From: an uncultured Gammaproteobacteria bacterium
Lineage (GTDB): Bacteria > Patescibacteriota > Patescibacteriia > Patescibacteriales > UBA12465
Direction of reading: 5' to 3'
DNA length: 64,000 bases
Assembly: GCA_964435515.1 (NCBI GenBank)
Contig: CAYSZD010000005.1
Coordinates: 8,813-72,812, forward strand
The notes below the pieces were generated by a model. That model ran no database searches and was not told the DNA's origin. It saw only the letters and a program-made list of their open reading frames with translations. Position 1 is the stretch's first letter, and each line of letters opens with the position of its first letter. A program made the position numbers and the translations under genes. Positions 19,841 through 29,895 of this stretch are shown one piece after another.

Positions 19841-20293
19841 ATGATTGAAGGAGTTATTATTAAAGAGTTAAAAAAATATAATGATGATAGAGGCTGGCTG
19901 ACAGAAATATATCGTCGCGATGAAGTCGATTTATCTCCAGCTATGTCTTATGTGAGCTTGACTTTGCCGGGCGTAGCCAGAGGTCCTCATGAGCATGTCT
20001 ATCAAAGTGATTTTTTTATTTTCATTGGTCCTGGTACTTTTCGTTTATATCTTTGGGATCGTCGAGAAAATTCTAAAACTAAGGGTGAACATTTAGAGAT
20101 TGAAGTAGGAGAGAATCATCCCTGTTCAGTTTTAGTACCACCAGGCGTGGTCCATGGCTATAAATGTATTTCTGAAGTAGCGGCTCTATCTATTAATTTA
20201 CCTGATAAATTATATAAAGGTGTTTTAAAGGCAGATGAAATAGATGAAATACGTTGGGAGGAAGATAATAATAGTCCTTATCAAATAAAATAG
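19841..20293 (+). CDS. RmlC-like cupin (dTDP-4-dehydrorhamnose 3,5-epimerase-like)
   Basis: KELKKYNDDRGWLTEIYR motif typical of RmlC-like epimerases; short at 150 aa. Confidence 0.6.
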   Translation: MIEGVIIKELKKYNDDRGWLTEIYRRDEVDLSPAMSYVSLTLPGVARGPHEHVYQSDFFIFIGPGTFRLYLWDRRENSKTKGEHLEIEVGENHPCSVLVPPGVVHGYKCISEVAALSINLPDKLYKGVLKADEIDEIRWEEDNNSPYQIK

Positions 20294-20299
20294 TTTTTT

Positions 20300-20695
20300 A
20301 TGTGTGTATTTTGTAAAATTATAGCTAAGGAAATACCTGCTTATGTAATAAAAGAGAATGAAATGGTTTTAGCTTTTTTGGATATCAATCCAGTCCATCC
20401 TGGTCATATTTTAGTTGTTCCTAAAAAACATTTTGCTAATTTAGAAGAGTTAGAAGGTGATTATTTGGAAGCAGTGATGTTGATGATAAAAGAGATGGGA
20501 TTTTTAATTAAAGAAAAATTAAAAGCTGATAGCTATAATGTTATTTTAAATAATGATAAAGCAGCGGGTCAAGAAATAGCTCATCTTCATTTTCATTTAA
20601 TTCCTAGAGTTGAGGGTGATGGTCTAAAATCTTGGCCTCATAAAGAATATCAGACAGGAGAAGCAGAGGAGGTTTTAAAAAAACTACAATCTTAA
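20300..20695 (+). CDS. HIT (histidine triad) family hydrolase
   Basis: HLHFHLIPR histidine triad motif. Confidence 0.85.
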   Translation: MCVFCKIIAKEIPAYVIKENEMVLAFLDINPVHPGHILVVPKKHFANLEELEGDYLEAVMLMIKEMGFLIKEKLKADSYNVILNNDKAAGQEIAHLHFHLIPRVEGDGLKSWPHKEYQTGEAEEVLKKLQS

Positions 20696-20696
20696 T

Positions 20697-21662
20697 ATGA
20701 AATTACTCGTTACCGGCGGGGCTGGTTTTATCGGTTCCAACTTTATCCACTATTGGTTAAATAAATATCAAGCTGACTCTATTGTTAATCTTGATGTTTT
20801 AACATACGCTGGTAATTTGGCTAATTTAGAAGATTTAAGTGACAGTTCTCGTTATTCTTTTTTTAAAGGAGATATTGCTGATAAGGAGGTGGTAGCGGAA
20901 GCAATGAAGGGTGTTGATTTGGTGGTTCATTTTGCAGCTGAAAGTCATGTTGATCGTTCAATTATAGATAGCTCTGATTTCATTCATACTAACATTGAAG
21001 GAACAAGAGTATTATTAGAGGAAGCTAAGCGTTTGGGTGGAATTCGTTTTCATCATGTTTCTACTGATGAAGTTTTTGGGGCTTTGAGTTTAGATGGTGC
21101 TAAATTTAATGAGTCTACTCCTTATGACCCTCGTTCTCCCTATAGCGCTTCTAAAGCGGCCTCTGATCACCTAGTGCGAGCTTATTTTCATACTCATAAA
21201 TTGCCAATTACTATTTCTAATTGTTCTAATAATTATGGCCCTTATCAATATCCAGAAAAGTTAATTCCTTTATTTATCACAAACCTTATAGACGGAATAG
21301 CAGTGCCAGTGTATGGCGAGGGGAAGAATGTGCGTGATTGGATTCACGTTGATGATCATAATCGTGGAGTAGATGCAATTATTCATAAGGGTAAAATTGG
21401 TGAAACCTATTGCTTGGGAGGAAATAGCGAAAAGAATAATTTAGAAATTACAGAAAATATTTTATTTTTAATGGAGAAGGGTCAGGAGATGATTAAACAT
21501 GTTCCAGATCGATTGGGTCACGATTTGCGTTATGCTATTGATTATACTAAAGCTAGTCGTGAGCTGGATTGGGCTCCACAAATTAATTTTAGTGATGGCC
21601 TAAAACAAACAGTAGAGTGGTATAAAACCAATGAGGCCTGGTGGAGGCCTTTAAAGAAATAG
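20697..21662 (+). CDS. rfbB: dTDP-glucose 4,6-dehydratase
   Basis: VTGGAGFIGSNF Rossmann motif, YSASKAASD catalytic YxxxK; 321 aa. Confidence 0.85.
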   Translation: MKLLVTGGAGFIGSNFIHYWLNKYQADSIVNLDVLTYAGNLANLEDLSDSSRYSFFKGDIADKEVVAEAMKGVDLVVHFAAESHVDRSIIDSSDFIHTNIEGTRVLLEEAKRLGGIRFHHVSTDEVFGALSLDGAKFNESTPYDPRSPYSASKAASDHLVRAYFHTHKLPITISNCSNNYGPYQYPEKLIPLFITNLIDGIAVPVYGEGKNVRDWIHVDDHNRGVDAIIHKGKIGETYCLGGNSEKNNLEITENILFLMEKGQEMIKHVPDRLGHDLRYAIDYTKASRELDWAPQINFSDGLKQTVEWYKTNEAWWRPLKK

Positions 21663-21690
21663 AATTATTTAATATAACTATTTTAAAAAT

Positions 21691-22122
21691 ATGAAAAATA
21701 AAAAAATTTTTATTCTTGAAGATGACGTTGATATCCTTTATGGCATATCAGCTGAGCTTAGTAGTGAAGACTATGAGGTTGAGTCTAGTGAGGGCGAAGA
21801 AGACATGGAGACTTTGATTCGTAATATTAATGAATTTAATCCAGATTATATTATTTTAGATTTAATTCTACCAAAATTAGATGGTTTTGAAGTGTTAAAG
21901 AAAATCAAGCAAGAAGTAGAGCTTAGTGAGGTACCAGTCTTTATTTTTACCGATTTAAGTGATGAAGATAGTAAAGAGAGAAGCCTGGGAATGGGAGCTG
22001 ATCAATATTTCTTGAAAGATGAATTTGATATCTATAGTTTTAGTCAAAAGATTAAAAAAATCATTGAAAATAAAAGAGAAGACGATGAATTAGAGGCAGA
22101 AGAGGGAATTGAGTATGAATAA
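21691..22122 (+). CDS. Stand-alone response-regulator receiver domain protein with acidic C-terminal tail
   Basis: ILEDD acidic pocket and a phospho-acceptor Asp in IILDLILP. No output domain and no histidine kinase in the window. Confidence 0.7.
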   Translation: MKNKKIFILEDDVDILYGISAELSSEDYEVESSEGEEDMETLIRNINEFNPDYIILDLILPKLDGFEVLKKIKQEVELSEVPVFIFTDLSDEDSKERSLGMGADQYFLKDEFDIYSFSQKIKKIIENKREDDELEAEEGIEYE

Positions 22123-22139
22123 TAATAAATTTTTTTTGT

Positions 22140-22168
22140 TTGACATTATAGCGATTTCTTAGTAATAT
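22140..22168 (+). promoter_or_regulatory. Near-consensus sigma70-type promoter upstream of the second mreB
   Basis: TTGACA (22140-22145), 17-nt spacer, TAATAT (22163-22168). Confidence 0.55.
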
Positions 22169-22221
22169 AAAAGATTATCGAGTCTGTTTTTTGTTATATT
22201 TTTTTGTTTTTAGCTTATTTT

Positions 22222-23229
22222 ATGTTTATTAAACGCATTGGTATTGATTTAGGCACAACTTATACTTTAGTTTACTTACCTAAACGGGGCATTGTTATTA
22301 ACGAGCCTTCAGTGGTGGCTGTTTCTGTTGATGAGAATAAGATTTTAGCAGTAGGCAATGAAGCTCGTGATATGTTAGGTCGCACGCCTGATACTATTGT
22401 GGCGGCCAGACCATTAAAAGATGGTGTTATTGCTGATTACCGTACCACCGAAGCAATGATTCGTTATTTTATTAATAAAACCTTAGGAGGAATGAGACTA
22501 TTTCGCCCAGAAGTTATGGTGGCAGTGCCAGCTGGTATTTCTTCTACAGAAAGAAGAGCAGTAATTGAAGCTACTATTGCTGCTGGCGCCAAGGCGGCTT
22601 ATATTATTAAAGAGCCGGTAGCAGCGGCTATTGGAGCTGATATTCCTATTGGTTCAGCTACTGGACATATGATTATTGATATTGGCGGAGGCACAGCGGA
22701 AATGGCTGTTATTTCTTTAGGTGGAATTGTAGCTTCTAGTTCTGTGCGTGTGGGAGGCAATAAATTTGATGCTGCTATTTTAGAACATGTGAGAAAAAAA
22801 TATAATTTGGCTATTGGCGAGAGAACAGCCGAGGAAATAAAAATAAATATTGGTTCAGCTTTGTTCATTGAAGATAAATTATACATGGAGATTAGAGGTA
22901 GAGATATTGTTACTGGTTTGCCTCGTAGCATTACTGTTTCAAGCGATGATGTAACTGAAGCTATTCAAAATGAACTTGAAGCAATCATTGGAGCAGCTAA
23001 AAAAGTTTTACAAAAAACACCGCCAGAATTAGCGGCTGATATTATGGATAAGGGTATTATTCTTTCTGGTGGCAGCGCTCTTTTGCGTAATATTGATCAG
23101 TTAATTTCACGTACGACGGGTGTGCCGGCTTATATTGCTGATGACGCTCTTCTTTGTGTCGCCAAAGGAACAGGTATTGCTTTAGATAATTTAGATTCAT
23201 ATAAACGTAGTATTTTAGCTACTAAATAA
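22222..23229 (+). CDS. Second MreB/Mbl-like actin homolog
   Basis: IGIDLGTTYTLVY and DIGGGTAEMAVISLGG motifs. The ATG at 22222 is preferred over the upstream 22204 start. Confidence 0.85.
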   Translation: MFIKRIGIDLGTTYTLVYLPKRGIVINEPSVVAVSVDENKILAVGNEARDMLGRTPDTIVAARPLKDGVIADYRTTEAMIRYFINKTLGGMRLFRPEVMVAVPAGISSTERRAVIEATIAAGAKAAYIIKEPVAAAIGADIPIGSATGHMIIDIGGGTAEMAVISLGGIVASSSVRVGGNKFDAAILEHVRKKYNLAIGERTAEEIKINIGSALFIEDKLYMEIRGRDIVTGLPRSITVSSDDVTEAIQNELEAIIGAAKKVLQKTPPELAADIMDKGIILSGGSALLRNIDQLISRTTGVPAYIADDALLCVAKGTGIALDNLDSYKRSILATK

Positions 23230-23231
23230 TT

Positions 23232-24443
23232 ATGATTATTGGTATAGATGCCTCACGAGCAAATAGATCATTGCGCACCGGTACTGAGTGGTATTCTTTC
23301 CATATCATTAAACATTTAGTGGCTGTTGATCAAGAGAACCAATATATTTTATATGTCGATACAGAGCTAGCAGCTGATTTAAAAGAAGCCCTTAGTCCTT
23401 ATAAAAATGTGCGTTTTAAAAAATTATCTTGGCCTTGGCCTTTTTTTTGGACCTTGGGAAGACTATCTCTAGAGATGTTATTTCATCGTCCGGATGTGCT
23501 ATTTGTGCCCGCTCATTCTTTACCGCTTATTAATCCTAAAAAAACGATAACCACCATTCATGATATTGCGTTTGCCAGAGAGCGCCATCTTTATCAAAAA
23601 AAGTTTCTTAAAACTGACAGGCCGGCTAATAAAAAAGTGTTAAATAGTTTTATTAAAATTATTACCAATGGTCGCTATAGTTCTCATTCTTTAGATTATT
23701 TATTTTGGTCAACTGCTCATGCACTTAAGAGGGCAAAGGCTATTATAACTGTTTCGGAATTTACTAAAAATGAAATTATTGAAGTTTATTCTAGGCGCTA
23801 TGAGTCAAAACTAAAAGTCGTTCATAATTCTTATGACGCTAGTCTTTATCGATTTCAAGATAATATTGAAGAAAGGAAAATAATATTAAAGAAATATGGT
23901 ATTAGAGATCCTTTTTTCTTGTATGTCGGAAGATTAGAAAAAAAGAAAAACACCTCTTCTTTAGTAGAAGCCTTTGCTCTATTTAAAGAAAAATTTCCAG
24001 ATAATAAAGTGAAATTGGTGATGATTGGTAATGCTGGTTTTGGTTTTGATGAAATTAAATATATTATTGAAGAATATAATTTAGATAATGAAATTATTAT
24101 TCCAGGCTGGGCAGAAGAAAATGATTTACCTTATATTTTTAGTGCTGCTTTAGCCTTTGTTTTTCCTAGTTTGCATGAAGGTTTTGGTATTCCTGTTCTA
24201 CAAGCCATGGCTTGTCATGCGCCTGCTATTATTTCTGATTTGCCAGTGTTAAGAGAGGTGGCAGGACAGGCAGCTTTCTTTTTTAACCCTCGTGATCGTG
24301 AAGATATTTTAAGGGCTTTAGAATTAATTTATCAGGATGAAGAATTAAGAACTTCTTTGATAGAAAAGGGAATAATCAGAGCTTCTCAGTTTAGTTGGGA
24401 TAAAGCAGCGAGAGAAACTTTGGCAATTATTAAGAGTTTATAG
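23232..24443 (+). CDS. Glycosyltransferase family 4 (group 1)
   Basis: C-terminal EGFGIPVLQAMACHAPAIISDLPVLRE motif (E-x7-E region). Confidence 0.8.
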   Translation: MIIGIDASRANRSLRTGTEWYSFHIIKHLVAVDQENQYILYVDTELAADLKEALSPYKNVRFKKLSWPWPFFWTLGRLSLEMLFHRPDVLFVPAHSLPLINPKKTITTIHDIAFARERHLYQKKFLKTDRPANKKVLNSFIKIITNGRYSSHSLDYLFWSTAHALKRAKAIITVSEFTKNEIIEVYSRRYESKLKVVHNSYDASLYRFQDNIEERKIILKKYGIRDPFFLYVGRLEKKKNTSSLVEAFALFKEKFPDNKVKLVMIGNAGFGFDEIKYIIEEYNLDNEIIIPGWAEENDLPYIFSAALAFVFPSLHEGFGIPVLQAMACHAPAIISDLPVLREVAGQAAFFFNPRDREDILRALELIYQDEELRTSLIEKGIIRASQFSWDKAARETLAIIKSL

Positions 24444-24505
24444 AGATAAATGTATCTATTTTTTGTTTTGAATTATTGAAAAAAATATGTTATGCTAGAG
24501 ATGTT

Positions 24506-26548
24506 ATGAAAAAAATAATAACATCTTTTTTTATACTCTTTATTGCTCTGGCGCCAAGCGCTGGTGCAAGTTTTTTGCCTAATGATACTTATATTAATAA
24601 TCAGTGGTATTTAAGTAGAATTCAGGCTCCGGCCGCTTGGGAAAGGATTAATAGTAGCCCAAGTATTACCATAGCGGTGATTGACTCAGGTATAGATATT
24701 AATCATCCAGACTTGCGTGATAATATTTGGCAAAATCAGAAAGAGATTGCTGATAATGGTATAGACGATGATCGCAATGGCTTTATCGATGATGTTTTTG
24801 GTTGGGATTTTGTAGAGAATCTGCCTGATCCTAGTCCTAAATTTGAAGAAAATTGGACTGAGTCAGGTTTATCTCATGGTACTATCATCAGTGGTATTAT
24901 TGGCGCTACTGGGAATAATCGCGAGGGAATTAGTGGGGTGAGTTGGAAAACAAAAATTATGCCTCTTAGAGCTTTGAATGATCAAGGTGATGGTAGGATG
25001 AGTAGCGTGGTGCGAGCAATAGATTATGCTGTTCATAATGGTGCTGATATTATTAATCTTAGCTTTGTTGGTTTTAGCTATAATCAAGCTCTGCAAGAAT
25101 CATTACAACGTGCCTATGAAGCAGGAGTTATTGTAGTAGCTGCGGCTGGTAATGAACAAGAAACAGGGCAGGGTGAAAATATTGACGAACATCCTATCTA
25201 TCCAGCTTGTTATCAAGGCAAGAATGGTGAGAATATAGTGATAGGGGTGGCTGCTAGTGATGCCTTAGATCAAAAGACTAATTTTTCTAGTTATGGTTTT
25301 AATTGTGTAGACATTACTGCTCCTGGTGTTAGCTTTTTTAGCACCATTCCCAAAGGTAGTAATTTATTAGAGCCTAATATAATTTATGATGGTTTTTGGT
25401 CAGGAACTTCCATGGCTGCTCCTATAGTGAGTGGTGCCTTGGCTTTAATTGCTGAAATTAATCCTGAATTACAGCCAACGGAAATAGTGAAAATACTATT
25501 ACAATCTAGTGATAACATTAGTCGTCTTAATCCAAATTATCTTGGTCAACTAGGAAGTGGTCGTGTTAATTTAGACAGAGCCCTATTATTAGCTCAGGAA
25601 AAGCTATATTCACATTTAGGTAGATTAATTATTAATCCAGCTTCAACGGGTGATAAAGAAAGACTGGCTAGTTCTTCTGTTTCTATTACTGAAAAAAATG
25701 GTCAAATAGTTAAGGATTTTGATTTTGGAGAAGCAATGGGTGGGGTTTTTGCTGCTGGTGATGTTGATGGAAAAGGGGATGATGAAATTATTTCAGCTGC
25801 TCCCATCGGGGCAGAGCCATATGTCAGTATTTACGGAGCTGATGGTGAGCTGAGAGGTAGATTTTTAGTCTATGATGCTAATTTCCGTGGTGGTTTTAGT
25901 TTGGCGGTAGCTGATGTGACCGGCGATAATGTGGAAGAAATAATTGTTGGTGCTGGTCCAGGCGGTGGCCCTCATGTTCGTATTTTTGATCATAAAGGAG
26001 TTTTAAAGGGACAATTTTTTGCTTTTGAAGATTCTTTTCGTGGTGGGGTAAATGTTGCTGCTGGGAATATTGATGGTGTTGGTGCTGCTGAAATAATAGC
26101 CGCTAGGGGAGCAGGGGCCTTGCCTGAGATAAAAATATTTGATCGTCGTGGTAATTTAGAAGGTGTGTTTTTAGCCTATGAAAATACTTTTAGAGGGGGT
26201 GTACAAGTAAGTGTGGCTAATATTGACGGTCGCTTCGATCGTAATAAAGAAGAAATTATTGTTGCTCCTGGTGCTGGCAGGGAGCCAGAGATAAAAATAT
26301 TTTCTAATAAAGCAGTGCTTAAAAAAAGTTTTTTAGCTTTTAGAAAAAATTGGCAAGGAGGAGTGAATCTTGCTGCTGGGGATTTAAATAACAATGGTCG
26401 AGCTGATATTGTAGTGAGCGCTAAAGCAGGCGCTACGCCGCACGTACGTGTATTTAGTAATACAGGAGACTTACAAGAATCTTTTTATTTCTATCCCGAA
26501 TCTTTTAATGGTGGAGTTAATATTGGAATAGCTCAATTTATCAATTAA
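24506..26548 (+). CDS. Secreted subtilisin-like S8 peptidase fused to a C-terminal FG-GAP/beta-propeller repeat domain
   Basis: Signal peptide (MKKIITSFFILFIALAPSAGA) and Asp/His/Ser triad motifs (AVIDSGID, HGT, GTSMAAP). About six repeats of the form FRGGVNVAAGNIDG...EII. Confidence 0.8.
   Translation: MKKIITSFFILFIALAPSAGASFLPNDTYINNQWYLSRIQAPAAWERINSSPSITIAVIDSGIDINHPDLRDNIWQNQKEIADNGIDDDRNGFIDDVFGWDFVENLPDPSPKFEENWTESGLSHGTIISGIIGATGNNREGISGVSWKTKIMPLRALNDQGDGRMSSVVRAIDYAVHNGADIINLSFVGFSYNQALQESLQRAYEAGVIVVAAAGNEQETGQGENIDEHPIYPACYQGKNGENIVIGVAASDALDQKTNFSSYGFNCVDITAPGVSFFSTIPKGSNLLEPNIIYDGFWSGTSMAAPIVSGALALIAEINPELQPTEIVKILLQSSDNISRLNPNYLGQLGSGRVNLDRALLLAQEKLYSHLGRLIINPASTGDKERLASSSVSITEKNGQIVKDFDFGEAMGGVFAAGDVDGKGDDEIISAAPIGAEPYVSIYGADGELRGRFLVYDANFRGGFSLAVADVTGDNVEEIIVGAGPGGGPHVRIFDHKGVLKGQFFAFEDSFRGGVNVAAGNIDGVGAAEIIAARGAGALPEIKIFDRRGNLEGVFLAYENTFRGGVQVSVANIDGRFDRNKEEIIVAPGAGREPEIKIFSNKAVLKKSFLAFRKNWQGGVNLAAGDLNNNGRADIVVSAKAGATPHVRVFSNTGDLQESFYFYPESFNGGVNIGIAQFIN
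25717..26545 (+). repeat. Tandem degenerate FG-GAP-type coding repeats (about 45 aa unit)
   Basis: Repeated FRGG(V/F)..A.GD(V/I)(D/N)G...EII units at the protein level. Confidence 0.5.
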
Positions 26549-26558
26549 TATATAATAT

Positions 26559-27581
26559 ATGTCTAAACAAGTTATTTTTGAAAAAAAGAATGTGCTTGTC
26601 GCTGGTGGTGCCGGTTTTATTGGCTCTCATTTATGTGATGAGTTGTTAAAAAGCTGTAAAGTGATTTGTGTTGATAATTTCTTAAGTAGTACGGAAAGTA
26701 ATATTGATCATCTTTTATCTAATCCTGATTTTGTTTTTATTAATCATGATTTGTCTCAGCCTTTAGATCTATTAGCTTTAAATGATTTAGAAAAATTTAA
26801 GTTAGAGTTTCAGGGTTTACAGGAAATATATAATTTAGCTTGCCCAATGTCTCCTAAGAATTTTTTAGAAAATCGCTTAATGACAATTAAAGCTAGTTCT
26901 GAAGTAGTTATTAATCTACTGGAAATGGCAGTTGCTTTTAAAGCTAAGTTTATGCATTTTTCTTCTTCAGTTATCTATGGTCCTAGAGGAGAAGAAAATT
27001 ATTTTCAGAAAATGACTGAAAGTGATATGGGGATAGTTGATCACTTATCTCAAAGAGGAGCCTATGATGAAGGGAAGCGTTTCTCTGAAACAATAGTTAG
27101 TAATTATCGTGATATTTATAATATTGATGCTAAAATTGTTAGAGCTTTTAGAATATATGGTCCACGGATGGAACTTAATGATGATCAAATGATTCCTGAT
27201 TTCATTAATGATGCAATAGACGGTAAAGACTTACGTATTTTTGGTGATGAAAATTTTGCTTCTTCATTTTGTTATATCGATGATTTAATTGATGGTGTGT
27301 TAAAGTTTATGAAATCAGATCATCCTGGTCCTATGAATTTAGGTTCTGATGTTGACCTTAACTTTACTGATTTAGCAATGATGATTATACGTTTGACTGA
27401 GTCTAATTCTAACATTACTTATGAAGATTCAAGGTTGTTTATGAAAGAATTAGCTTTGCCTGATATTCAATTAGCCAAAGAAGTATTATCTTGGATGCCG
27501 GTTGTAACCTTAGAAAATGGTTTAAAGAAAACTATATTTGCTCTTAAAGCTCAGAAACGTTTACGCAGTTTTCAGGCTTAA
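26559..27581 (+). CDS. UDP-glucuronate decarboxylase (UXS)-like extended SDR
   Basis: VLVAGGAGFIGSHLCDEL and VICVDNFLSS...INHDL resemble UXS; 340 aa. Confidence 0.75.
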   Translation: MSKQVIFEKKNVLVAGGAGFIGSHLCDELLKSCKVICVDNFLSSTESNIDHLLSNPDFVFINHDLSQPLDLLALNDLEKFKLEFQGLQEIYNLACPMSPKNFLENRLMTIKASSEVVINLLEMAVAFKAKFMHFSSSVIYGPRGEENYFQKMTESDMGIVDHLSQRGAYDEGKRFSETIVSNYRDIYNIDAKIVRAFRIYGPRMELNDDQMIPDFINDAIDGKDLRIFGDENFASSFCYIDDLIDGVLKFMKSDHPGPMNLGSDVDLNFTDLAMMIIRLTESNSNITYEDSRLFMKELALPDIQLAKEVLSWMPVVTLENGLKKTIFALKAQKRLRSFQA

Positions 27582-27605
27582 TTTAATTTTATAATAATAG
27601 TATAT

Positions 27606-27635
27606 AAAAAGACGAACAAATTGTTCGTCTTTTTA
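27606..27635. terminator. Bidirectional rho-independent terminator between convergent genes
   Basis: Perfect palindrome gacgaacaa/ttgttcgtc flanked by an A-run and a T-run. Confidence 0.65.
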
Positions 27636-27653
27636 AAGTATTTTCTTATTTTC

Positions 27654-28706
27654 TTATTTTATCATTTCTCTAATTTTCTGGCTTAAATCATTAATATTGC
27701 CTGCTTGAAAAAGAATTAAATCTAGATATTCCTTTAACTCCGGAGTGCCCCCAATGTCTGAAGCGATGGCACTAAGACCATGTTGGGCCGCTTCCCAAAT
27801 GATAGTAGGGGAGTTTTCGTATATTAGAGAGGGTAGAATAACAATATCGTGCTCTTTTATGGTTTTATTTATTTTATCTCTACTTACGTGACCGAGGTAG
27901 TCTACATTATCGAATTTTTTTGATTCTTGGGTGATAAAGTCGCTTAAAGATCCTTGGCCAACAATAGTTAGTTGGGCCATATCTTTTGTCAGTCCGCTCA
28001 TTTTCCAGGCTGATAGTAATATAGCAATGCCTTTATGTTTTTCTATTTGTCCAGCAAAGAGAAAGCGGAGAGGACTATGTTTTTCTTTGGGTTTCTTTTT
28101 ATTTAAATTAAAGTTTGGTATTACCTCTTGTAGACTGCGGTTGAAGAAATTTTGTTGTTTGTGCAGATCTAGCAGCCACTTAGAAGGAGATATTATTTTA
28201 GCTGTTTGTTTGAAAGCTTTTTTAGTAAAGTATTGATAGAAAAGAGCTAAAATATTTTTTATCTTTTTTTCTTCGCCAAGATACATTAGTCCAGATGGAT
28301 GTAATAGTTGAATGTCATGAAGGACGTGATGGTGAGTAATATTATATTGCTTTAATATTTTTGGCAAAGCTAAACTGAGTCCTAATAAATTATGAGTTAT
28401 AAATAAGTCTGGTTTTTCTTCTTCAATTATTTGTTTGATTTCTTTTCGATGGGGAGGAAATATTAATTGGCAAAAATGCCAAATTAATTTTCTAATTAGA
28501 GAGTATTGATTTAAATATTCATAGCTTGAAGAAAGAAAATATATATTTTTTTCGTTTGTGCGTTTTGTTTTTGTGGGACGAGAAGTGATGATAAATACTT
28601 CGTGGCCATTTGTCACAAATTCATCTATCATTTTCTTGCTAATAATTTCAGCGCCACTGTCTCGGCCGTAGGGAGGATATAGATTGTTGGCTAAGCCTAT
28701 CTTCAT
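27654..28706 (-). CDS. Glycosyltransferase family 4
   Basis: EAAQHGLSAIASDIGGTPEL motif; 350 aa. Confidence 0.8.
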   Translation of the reverse strand: MKIGLANNLYPPYGRDSGAEIISKKMIDEFVTNGHEVFIITSRPTKTKRTNEKNIYFLSSSYEYLNQYSLIRKLIWHFCQLIFPPHRKEIKQIIEEEKPDLFITHNLLGLSLALPKILKQYNITHHHVLHDIQLLHPSGLMYLGEEKKIKNILALFYQYFTKKAFKQTAKIISPSKWLLDLHKQQNFFNRSLQEVIPNFNLNKKKPKEKHSPLRFLFAGQIEKHKGIAILLSAWKMSGLTKDMAQLTIVGQGSLSDFITQESKKFDNVDYLGHVSRDKINKTIKEHDIVILPSLIYENSPTIIWEAAQHGLSAIASDIGGTPELKEYLDLILFQAGNINDLSQKIREMIK

Positions 28707-28708
28707 AT

Positions 28709-29887
28709 TTATTGTAATTTAGAAAATTCATCTAAAATAGAATCAGCTATTTTTTCCCAAGCGTAATAATCTTCTACTAAAATACGGGCCTCATGGGCCA
28801 TTTTTTCTTTTTTCTTTTCATCTTGAAGTATCTCATCAATTTTTTGGGCTAAATCATCCGAGCTTCCTACTTGACATAATAGACCTTGTTTGCCGTTTTG
28901 AAAGACGCTACGCACTCCTGGTAAATCACTAGCAATAACTGGTAGTCCGCAGGACATGGCTTCTATTAAGACTAGGCCAAAAGCTTCATGACTATTAATG
29001 GATGGTAGAATAAGAAGATCAGCTCCTTGATATTGGCGAATTAAATCTTCTTCGTTAACTCTGCCTAAGAAATTGATTTTTTTTAATATTTTTAACTCTA
29101 AAGCTTGTTTCTCATATTGATTTTTTAGATTACCATCTCCTACAATATTTAAAGTAACTGAACTTTTAGTTTTGGTCATGGCTTCAAAGAGAATGTTTAA
29201 ACCTTTAAAATAGTGAGCCTCATCTAAGCCGCCAACAAATAATAGACTATGTCCGCCTCTTTTAATAAATGTTTTAGTGACAAAAGAGACAATATCAGTA
29301 GCTTTCTGACTAAGAGGGTTTGAATTTTTTTGGATCTTAGGTTTAAAGATATCCGTTTCTACGCCAAAAGGAATTACTTTTATTTTATGCGGTGAGTGTT
29401 TGTTAATATAATTTAGACGACTATTATCAGCATAATCACGGCTAGCGACGATAATGCTGCTAGCTTTTTTAAGTAAAGCTTTTCTGATAACAATTGAAGG
29501 GATGGAAAGAATCTTTTTTAAGCCAGGCAGGGAAGGAGTATCCATGTGATAATGGATAATTAATTTCTTTTTTGGCTTAATTAATTTTAGCAATAGTATA
29601 AGAGCATCAGCACCAAAGAAAGGATAGTGAAAATATATTACTTCGTATTTTAACAATCTAAAGGGTAGAAAAATAGGAAAGGCTCCATGTCCAAAACGAA
29701 GCACTGGGTCTAAAAAGACAGTACCGTGTTTAGTCTTTGGAATTTTAGCTTTTTTTTCTTGAAATGGAGCTAGGGTAAAAGTACGTACTTCGTGTTCTCT
29801 TTTTAATATTTCTTCTAGACGATAGGCGCTTTGACCAATACCACCAGCATATGGAGGAAAGGCGCAAACAATTTGAGCTATTTTCAT
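28709..29887 (-). CDS. Glycosyltransferase family 4
   Basis: EAFGLVLIEAMSCGLPVIASDLPGVRSV motif; 392 aa. Confidence 0.8.
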   Translation of the reverse strand: MKIAQIVCAFPPYAGGIGQSAYRLEEILKREHEVRTFTLAPFQEKKAKIPKTKHGTVFLDPVLRFGHGAFPIFLPFRLLKYEVIYFHYPFFGADALILLLKLIKPKKKLIIHYHMDTPSLPGLKKILSIPSIVIRKALLKKASSIIVASRDYADNSRLNYINKHSPHKIKVIPFGVETDIFKPKIQKNSNPLSQKATDIVSFVTKTFIKRGGHSLLFVGGLDEAHYFKGLNILFEAMTKTKSSVTLNIVGDGNLKNQYEKQALELKILKKINFLGRVNEEDLIRQYQGADLLILPSINSHEAFGLVLIEAMSCGLPVIASDLPGVRSVFQNGKQGLLCQVGSSDDLAQKIDEILQDEKKKEKMAHEARILVEDYYAWEKIADSILDEFSKLQ

Positions 29888-29895
29888 AAGATGCT

